Origin: Eledone cirrhosa
Taxonomy: Eukaryota
Direction: 5' to 3'
Length of the DNA stretch: 64,000 nt
Assembly: GCA_964016885.1 (NCBI GenBank)
Contig: OZ024742.1
Span: forward strand, 200,074,001-200,138,000
This document shows positions 55,593-64,000 of this stretch, piece after piece (position 1 is the first letter of the stretch; each line of letters opens with the position of its first letter). Both the position numbers and the translations under genes were made by a program. Below the pieces are notes generated by a model. It had not been told where the DNA came from. It ran no database searches and worked only from the letters and a program-made list of their open reading frames with translations.

Positions 55593-56040
55593 CCCCTCAA
55601 GCTATAGGGACTTCTCCAGAACATGTAGACACCTCTCGGCCAGACCTCCCTCAAGCTATATGGGCAGTAACAATACCAGAGGTTGGGAACTCCCCTCAAG
55701 CCATAGGGACCCACCCAGGCTGAGCAGACACCATGATAGCCTAGAGATTGATTCTGACACAGCCTTTCTAATTTGGCCAACATCTTTATAACATACACAC
55801 AATTTATTTTACTTGATTTTTTCATTTGTTTTCTGTTTTCTTCACTTTATTGCCTTCTATTTAAGTTGAGATTGGACACACACACATTTTATTTGATTAT
55901 CTTATTTCTTTTTATTCTTTTACCATCTTGTTCCTCCTACCACATTATCCATCTTTCTGACTGAGATTGGTTATAGCACACACACATTTTATTTTATTTG
56001 AATCTTCATTTTTATTTTTTATTTTTCATTTTTCATTTTT

Positions 56041-56120
<80 letters not shown>

Positions 56121-57178
56121 ATTTCATTTTTCATTTTTCATTTTTCATTTTTCATTTTTCATTTTTCATTTTTCATTTTTCATTTTTCATTTTTCATTTT
56201 TCATTTTTCATTTTTCATTTTTCATTTTTCATTTTTCATTTTTCATTTTTCATTTTTCATTTTTCATTTTTCATTTTTCATTTTTCATTTTTCATTTTTC
56301 ATTTTTCATTTTTCATTAATTTTTCATTTATTTTCTATTTATTATTTATTTTCTGTTTTCTTCATTTTATTGCCCTCTATTTCTTCATATACATGACAGA
56401 CCCCCACCCCCACCACCACCACCACCACGAAAAATGGTGGCAGGATGGATGAAGAAACACACACAGATACTTCTAAATATCAGCAGCAGTAAGACAGAAG
56501 CTGAACACAACACCAACACCACTACCAAAATAAGGGTAGAGGTCTGATGTACTTAACAATATCAAAAACAAACACTACAGGGAGCCTCACCCTAGAAAGA
56601 ATTTCTACAGACTTTTGACTGAGGAATGCTCTCAAAACTGACCAATGGGAGGAGTGACCTTACAAATCTTTCTAACATTGAGATTGGGTATAACACACAC
56701 ACATTTTATTTGATTATTTTATTTTGTTCCTTTACCATCTTATTCCTTCTACCACTTTATCATTTTTTTGAGCTGACTCCAACACCAACACCACTACTAA
56801 CATAAGAGTAGAGGTCAGATGTACTTAACAATAACAAGAACAACCACTACAGATTGCCTCGCCTCAGAATGAATTTCTATAGAATTTCGACAGAGGAATG
56901 TTCTCACAACTGACCAATAAGAGGAGAAGATGTCCTTTGACACTGAAATTCGTTTGTTTAAATTCATATGATTCCAGTTCCTCAGTGAAATAACAACCCA
57001 ACCAGAAACTGGGCATATCAGAGTATTGACAAAGTTAAAGACCTCAACAACATGTGTACTCGTCTCTACCACACTAATTTGGATTGCCTGAAGAGGTCAC
57101 AGCCAAAGATGGCTGTCACCGAAATATATATAGCAGTAATAAACGAAGCCAAATTGTAAACATTTGACTTATTTATTT

Positions 57179-57185
<7 letters not shown>
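55592..57185 (+). mobile_element. 5'-truncated copy (3' UTR plus pseudo-LTR) of the 41411-45990 PLE family, with hammerhead at 57083-57137
   Basis: Reverse-complement similarity to ~41420-42700. CTGAAGAGGTCACAGCCAAAGATGGCTGTCACCGAAATATATATAGCAGT. Contains an expanded (TTTTCA/TTTCCA)n tract at ~56020-56316. Confidence 0.85.
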
Positions 57186-57258
<73 letters not shown>

Positions 57259-57829
57259 ATATATACATATATATATATAGTGCAAAATTGGACGGGAACG
57301 AAAACAGAGAGGCAGACAAATAAAGGTTTATTAGGTTCACGCTCTTGAGATGAGGGGGGGGGGGCGACATTTCGGGCATAAGCCCTTCTTCAGGAGAAAA
57401 TTGGGTAGGAAGAGAGTTCCGGGGGGGGGTAAAGGAGGGGTGGAAATACATTTAGAAAAAAGGGGGAAGGAGAACAAATAAAAATAAAAATAAACATAAA
57501 AATAAACATAAAAATAAACATAAAAATAAACAATAAAATGAACAAGTGGTGGAAGGTTGTGAGGCGTGTAAGGGTGGTGGCGAGTGGAGTTGGGAGAGGG
57601 AGGCGGGGAGTCGAAGTGGGGAAGGCTGAAGGTGGTGTTTGCGTATGTGTGTAGGTGTACGTGTGTGTATGTGCTCTGTGCATGTGTAGCTGAGAATTGG
57701 GGGGAAAAACGAGGTTCCATGTTCAGGAAAAGGTGTGTGCGTGGGGGTGGGGTGTAAGTCGGTGTGTGCGTGCGTGTGGAAGGAGAGGGGCCAGGGGGTT
57801 GGAGGTTGAGTGTGTATATGTGGGGGGTA

Positions 57830-57895
<66 letters not shown>

Positions 57896-58052
57896 TCAGC
57901 ACTTATGCCAAAATAGCAGCATTGCACCTTCCATATGATATTGGATACGCTTCAGTGTCTGCCATACACTTTTATGAGATTTACATAAAGACAGATATTA
58001 TACGCACATAAGCACGTGTGCGTGCACACACACACACATATATGTATGTATG

Positions 58053-58173
<121 letters not shown>

Positions 58174-58283
58174 TGTATATATATATACATACATAAATAT
58201 ATATATATATATATATGTGTGTGCCTATAAATATATGTGGATGTGTATATGTATATCTGCGTGTATACACACACACACACATA

Positions 58284-58317
<34 letters not shown>

Positions 58318-58489
58318 CGAAACTTTGCACTTGCGGTTTTTTAAAAGTTTTCTTACAGGTTAGATATCTAATTTTTATCCAATATTTCAAAAATCGTTAA
58401 TAAATGAATTTATATTAGATCCTATAATAATGATAATGATGAAATTGATGATGATGATGATGATGATGGTTATGATGAAATTGATGATA

Positions 58490-58700
58490 ATAATGCTTTC
58501 TTACATAGGCACAATGCCAGCAATTTGTGGGGAGAGGAAGTCGGTTAAATCGACCCCAGTACGTTACTGGTGCTTTAATTTATGGACCCCGTAAGGATGA
58601 AAAGCAAAGTTAACCTCGGCGGGATTTAAACTCAGCACATAAGTCTATGTCGCGAAACATGGTGTCTGACGCTCTACTGATCCTCCCAGTCCACCACCAA
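58490..58700 (-). mobile_element. tRNA-derived SINE (diverged copy)
   Basis: Similar to 16762-16936, including the B-box-like GAGTTTAAATCC and TTTCATCCTTACGGGGTCC. Confidence 0.75.
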
Positions 58701-58719
58701 TAATAGCAACAACAACAAT

Positions 58720-60015
58720 AATTATTAGGAACAAAGGGCTGACTCTAAGATAACATAAAGGATGGCGCAACACAATGTAGTGTATGAGTAAAAATTTATA
58801 AGAAAAACAAAGAAATATGTAAAAAAAAAAATCAAGCCGAAACCAATTCGCCTATAGAAAGGAGATTTCTGGGGGCCACTCTTGGAGGAGGCCCGCGAAC
58901 AGCCTCTGTCCCCTTGACCGCTTCAGCAAATGCCTCCTCCAATCTACAGAGGCATGTTCAGAGTAGGCCCATTCACTCGGACCATGTTCGCCTCTCTCAC
59001 CCACATTTCAACAAACTGGCTAGAAGGTAGCACTTATCTCCCCATCCTCAGCTTCCTCTCCATGTGAGACCTGTAAAAGTTAATCAGGGATTTGGTGAAG
59101 GGGAAAGTGTTTGTTTCGAACACGTCCGCCACACGACCTCTTTCACGATGGCAACCATAAGGTGGTGGATTGATCTTCACGATGGAGTCAGCTGATAGCC
59201 AGATCTGTCCTACACGTTACAGCAGGTATTCGATATAAACCCAAAAGTGAACAATACTCGGACACTGAACGAGTGCGTCATGACGGCTCGGCTGATAGCA
59301 CTTCCAGGCTTATAGAATTTATCTCAACTGGCAATGCTCACCAGTAGCAATGTCAAACCAGGGATTTCTGGTAGTTACCCATCAGCCTTGGACCGAAGGT
59401 CCTCCAGAAAAGAGTGGCTAGTAGATTTTTCGTCGAAATCCAGATTCTTCCGAAGAAAGTCGTCACTTTTATCACCACTAACCCTCTATAGAACGCCAAG
59501 GTGGAGTTTCCACCAGTCGTACTGCCTGATTAGCAGAGAACTGTGAGCGCGTAAAAGGCATTCCCGTTTTCAAGCACTCCTTCTCGTTCTTTGCTTGACC
59601 CTGGACTGCAGTTTAGCCGGTGAGACGAGCTGGGGGAAAACGCGTCTAGCAAACGGCAACAACACCTAAGGAAACAACACCTAAGGAAAAGCTAGTGATG
59701 ACGTAGCCTCAGCGCATGTTTGCCCATCACCATACATGGCATGACAAGTCATCCATGTAACGGGTTTGACAGCAAATGGACCGACTGTCCATTGGCATGC
59801 GCTCTTTCCACAAAAAGAGAAAGAGCGGACGCTCCAGTGCAGTCAAGCGTAGACCAAGATAAGGCACCAAGGTCAGTCGATGGTAGATGACGAATGCGAT
59901 GTACCCGTTCGCCACCTTGGCCCAAACTTTCAAGGATAGCTTCCTCTCGGCCTATTTCTCGGCCATGCTGCTCGTTACCTCGTCCCAGCTTTTGTCCATC
60001 TGGAGGTCAGGAACA
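58720..60015 (-). pseudogene. Decayed 3' fragment of a Tx1/L1-clade LINE
   Basis: Similar to ORF2 C-termini of copies 1-3 (WAKVANGYIA, SICCQ, GMPW-like). 3' end next to an AAT-rich tract. Confidence 0.8.
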
Positions 60016-61074
60016 AACTATATGATGATGATGACGATGATGATGAGGGTGGTGGTGGTGCTGGTAGTGGTGATGATGATGATGATGATTATCATGATGA
60101 TGGTAGTGGTGGTGGGGGGGGGGCGTGACCATGATGATGATGATGGGAACGACGTTGATGAATATGATAGTGGTGGGGATAACTGCTGCAGCTGCTGATG
60201 ATGATGGTGAAGGTAGAGAAAATGAGGATACAGATGATGTTGACGATGATGATGATGATGATGAGGAGGAGGAGGAGGAGGAGGAGGAGGAGGAGGAGGA
60301 GGAGGAGGAGAAGGAGGAGGAGGAGGAGTGGGGGGAGGATCAGTAGGTGGAGGAAGAGGAGGAGGATGGTAAAGATGATGACAAAGTATTTTTTTAAAAT
60401 AGAATATAACTCAATTTTAATTGCATCCAATAAATTTCATGAAGAATTGAATATTGAAGTATAATATTTTTTGATCATTTTTAAACATCCATTTTTATTT
60501 CAATCATTAACAAAGAGAGAAAGAGGGGGGGGGGGGGGGGTGAGAGAGAATGAAAGAGAGAGAGCGCGTAGAATGAGAGAGAGAAAGGGGGTGAGAGAGA
60601 ATAAGAGAATGAGATAGAGAATGAGAGAGCGAGGGATAGAGAAAGAGAAAGAGAGAATGAGAGAGAGAATGAAAGAGAGAGATTGAGAGAGAATGAGAGA
60701 ATGAGAGAGGGAGAGAATGCGAGAGAGAGAAATAAAAAGTTAAACGATTCTACACGAGTCATCATATATTAAAACGTGAAAAGTAAATGTATTGAAAACC
60801 TTTATCGTAACAGTGGGATTCTTTGTATCTTCATCATAAAGATTCTAGCGGTTTCGCTGTGAAAAAATATTCATGGTAAAGGAGTAATTGTACTGAGATT
60901 TTTTTCTTTTCCATAATAGAAATTGAATGTTTATAAAATCTTATGTAAAACGTGGCCATGTTATTCTGTGCTTGAAGAAGTTGTTAATAATAAATTCTTC
61001 TATAAGCAAGGCAAACAATTAAAAAAACATTTTTTGGAGTGAAGGGGGGGGGGTCGATTTAATATACTAATAAT

Positions 61075-63360
61075 AAGAATGAGGAATTTACTAGTGAAAA
61101 ATACGGGTTCAAATCCTGCAAAAATCCACCGAACAACCCCCAACTTGATGCTTTCGAACTTGACCTCATGAACATGATAAACAGAACCAAATTAAAAAAA
61201 CGGACACATTACAACAAACTGCAAAACGACATCAATACACTACTAAAAAAAACTACGTAACACCAACGGTATTGTATTAAAAGCGGACAAAACATCAAAC
61301 GTATACACCATGAGTCTTAATACATACAATAACTTTATACGCCGTGAATTACACAAAAATACAAGAAAGCTACGGAATCTACACTCACTAACATTAATAA
61401 GGAAGGACTTAACATAGTAAAAGAACTGAAAATATCTGATAGAACCGAGCCTTTGACCCCTTGTAAACCCACATTTAATCTGAAAGATCATAAATACAAC
61501 TTCGAAACTGACCCTACTATTAGATTAATATGGCCATAGAAATCGGATATAGGTAGAATTAGCAAGTATATACTGGATAGAATAATAGCAGAAATTAAAG
61601 ACAAACTAATAATTAAGCTTTGGGGTAACACTAACGAAGCAATAGATTGGTTTAACAAAATAGACAATAAGAAAACATCCGACTTCATACAGTTTGACAT
61701 CAATGACTACTACTCCTCCATTTCCCCAGTCACCCTAAATAAGGCACTAACCTTTGCACAGAAAAACTCGGACCTATCCTCTGATGAAATTAGAATAATA
61801 CTAGCTGCTAGAAGAACTATCATTAGGTTCGATAATAGTTACTGGGAAACAAAAAACAGACAGAATAGCTTTGATATCACTATGGGATCTAACGACTCAG
61901 CTCAAGTAACAGACATAGTTGGAATATATATAGCACATATCTTACATAAGGAATTTGATAACCTCCAAGAATGGAATTTATAGAGACGATACACTCCTTT
62001 TAACTAAAAACTTAAATAATCAAAACTTGGAAAGATTACGTAAAGAGATTAAAATCTTCTTCAATAAACTAGGCCTAGTCATCACTTTCGAACTTAATTC
62101 TAAAACATCTAACTTCTTAGATGTATCACTCAACCTAAACACAGGACTAATAGAGCCCTTCCATAAAAATAACGAAAATCTAGCCTACATTAGTTATAAC
62201 TCAAACCACCCTCGCTCCATAATTAACTCTATAGCACATAGTGTATCGCTCAGAATTTCACGCTTATCTTCTAACCTAGAGATTTTCAATGAACACACGA
62301 ACTACTATAACATAGCTTTACTTAAGGCAGGTCACAAGGAGAGGCTCAAATACATACCAGATACAGACAACAGCAACACACCTAACGACAACAACACCAC
62401 CCACACCTATAGAAATAGCAAATATAGGACTAAACATAGAAATAGACAACTAGCACCAGAAATAACTGAACCGAATACTAATATAAAGACCCCTAGGAAC
62501 TATAGAAAATACAGAGATAGGAAATACTTATGGTTCAATCTAATATTTAACTCCTCTATAAAAACCAAACTAACTTCTATATTCTTTAAACTAATTGACA
62601 AGCACTTCCCTAAACTTCACAAATACCATAAAATCTTTAATAGAAATACTATCAAACTGTCTTACTCTACTGCAGCCAGCATAGAATCACACATACATAA
62701 AATTAACTATAGAAGAATCTCTAATGAAAATAACCTACAAACAAACGCCATAACACCAAATACAAAACACAAACACATAACAGCATCGCAACCACACATA
62801 CACCAGAACGCATCACAATAAAACACCAACAAACCCAAATCACAGCCCATACATAACAACATACAGAAGCGCATGGAAGAACCGTCACAGAGGAAGGCCT
62901 CAAAATGTAACTGTCACTTACCGTATAAGTGCTCACTACAAATTAGATGCCTGGAGTCAAATATAGTGTACCTGTGTACTATAAATTCAGGCAACTTAGC
63001 ATGGCACTGCGTAGGTTCTACGGCTGGGGAGTTAAAAAAAAAAGATGCTACGTCCACAGACATTCTATAAAGAACCGTAGATTAATGAACACAACAACGC
63101 TCGCCAATAAAATCTGGCAGCTTAAAGATACAAACCAAGAATACGGGAATAGCTGGTCGAAACTGTCTGGGGCAAAGGCCTACGAAAATGGAATGTTCCA
63201 CTGCGGACTTTGCAATATGGAGTTGCTTCATATTTTAAAGTATGACAAAATGCTGCTTAACAGCAAAATAGAACGGTCAATTTTCTGTAGGCAGCTACTA
63301 AATTCGCTAATTTCAAACCAACATGATTCGGTCCAACAAGCCCATTATTCAAACTGAATC
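61075..63360 (+). pseudogene. Penelope-like element ORF (RT plus GIY-YIG), frameshifted
   Basis: KADKTSNVY, LKDHK, FIQFDINDYYSSI, FDITMGSNDSAQ, GIYRDD, CNC, NIVY..VGST, CGLCNME. Related to 14088-16060. Confidence 0.88.
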
Positions 63361-63702
63361 ACTTAGAGTCTATTATAATAACCCATTATTAACTGTCAAT
63401 AGATCAACTAATCACTGAATCAACATCATAACCTCCTAACCTTTCTTTCTTTCACTCTCTTTCCCTAAAACTATTTCACCTCTTCCATTATATCCCATCA
63501 TGTTCGCTTCAACTCTCACCTAACTTCTAATTTATTAATTTATCTTTTATTTAGCACTGTACAATTTCTTCATAATGCATGTGTGTGTTTGATGTTTTCA
63601 TGTTTATACCATCACATCTTAATACGTTGACCACCACCACCACAACTGTTTTCGACAATCATATTATGTTCAATTTTTTTTTCACACATACATATATATA
63701 TA

Positions 63703-64000
63703 CTAGCTGACGTACACAGCTTCGCCCGGGTAAACAGATGATAAGAGAAGACAGGTAAAAGAGAAAATGACTGTATTGGATGTTTGTCTGGTTACAGTAT
63801 GGGGCGAGTCCGTGGTGTCTCTGTGATACCAAAAACAGTAAAAAAAATCTTCCAGATATACCAGATTCTTCGTTGTATCGTTTGTGCATAGTATATGAAC
63901 AATTCTAGGTGCTCCCACCTAGAATAGTGACCTCTAGGAGATGGTTCATCTTCTGCCTGACTGTAAAACGTGTATCATTGCATAGACGTGGTTGTTCCAC
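63703..64000 (-). mobile_element. 3' end of a Helitron-type element
   Basis: Minus strand ACCCGGGCGAAGCTGTGTACGTCAGCTAG followed by T, i.e. an imperfect hairpin plus CTAG. The extent beyond the terminus is uncertain. Confidence 0.55.

Overview
Eukaryotic, AT-rich, microsatellite-dense DNA with no recognisable host gene. The SINE, LINE and microsatellite make-up suggests an invertebrate, possibly an octopod cephalopod (inference only). The window is almost entirely mobile DNA: three head-to-tail Tx1/L1-type LINEs joined by (AAT)n plus a fourth decayed fragment, a Helitron nested in one of them, several Penelope-like elements (PLEs; RT plus C-terminal GIY-YIG), an R4/Dong-like RLE LINE fragment, tRNA-derived SINEs and non-autonomous Helitron-type pieces. 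The main finding is the 9.5 kb array at 1266-10738. It consists of ~468-550 bp tandem units, and each complete unit carries a minimal type I hammerhead ribozyme (HHR) motif with a palindromic stem III and an upstream ATGCAAAT octamer. The array is built as two inverted blocks whose outer ends stop at the same unit position inside (TA)n, and 14 of its units form a perfect A/B dimer higher-order repeat. This fits a retrozyme-like (circRNA-producing, PLE-mobilised) non-autonomous retroelement. About 11 further HHR motifs of several families lie in PLE pseudo-LTRs, foldbacks and ~470-485 bp direct-repeat units, for roughly 30 motifs in 64 kb. All structures were read by eye, coordinates may be off by a few bases, and ribozyme activity is untested.
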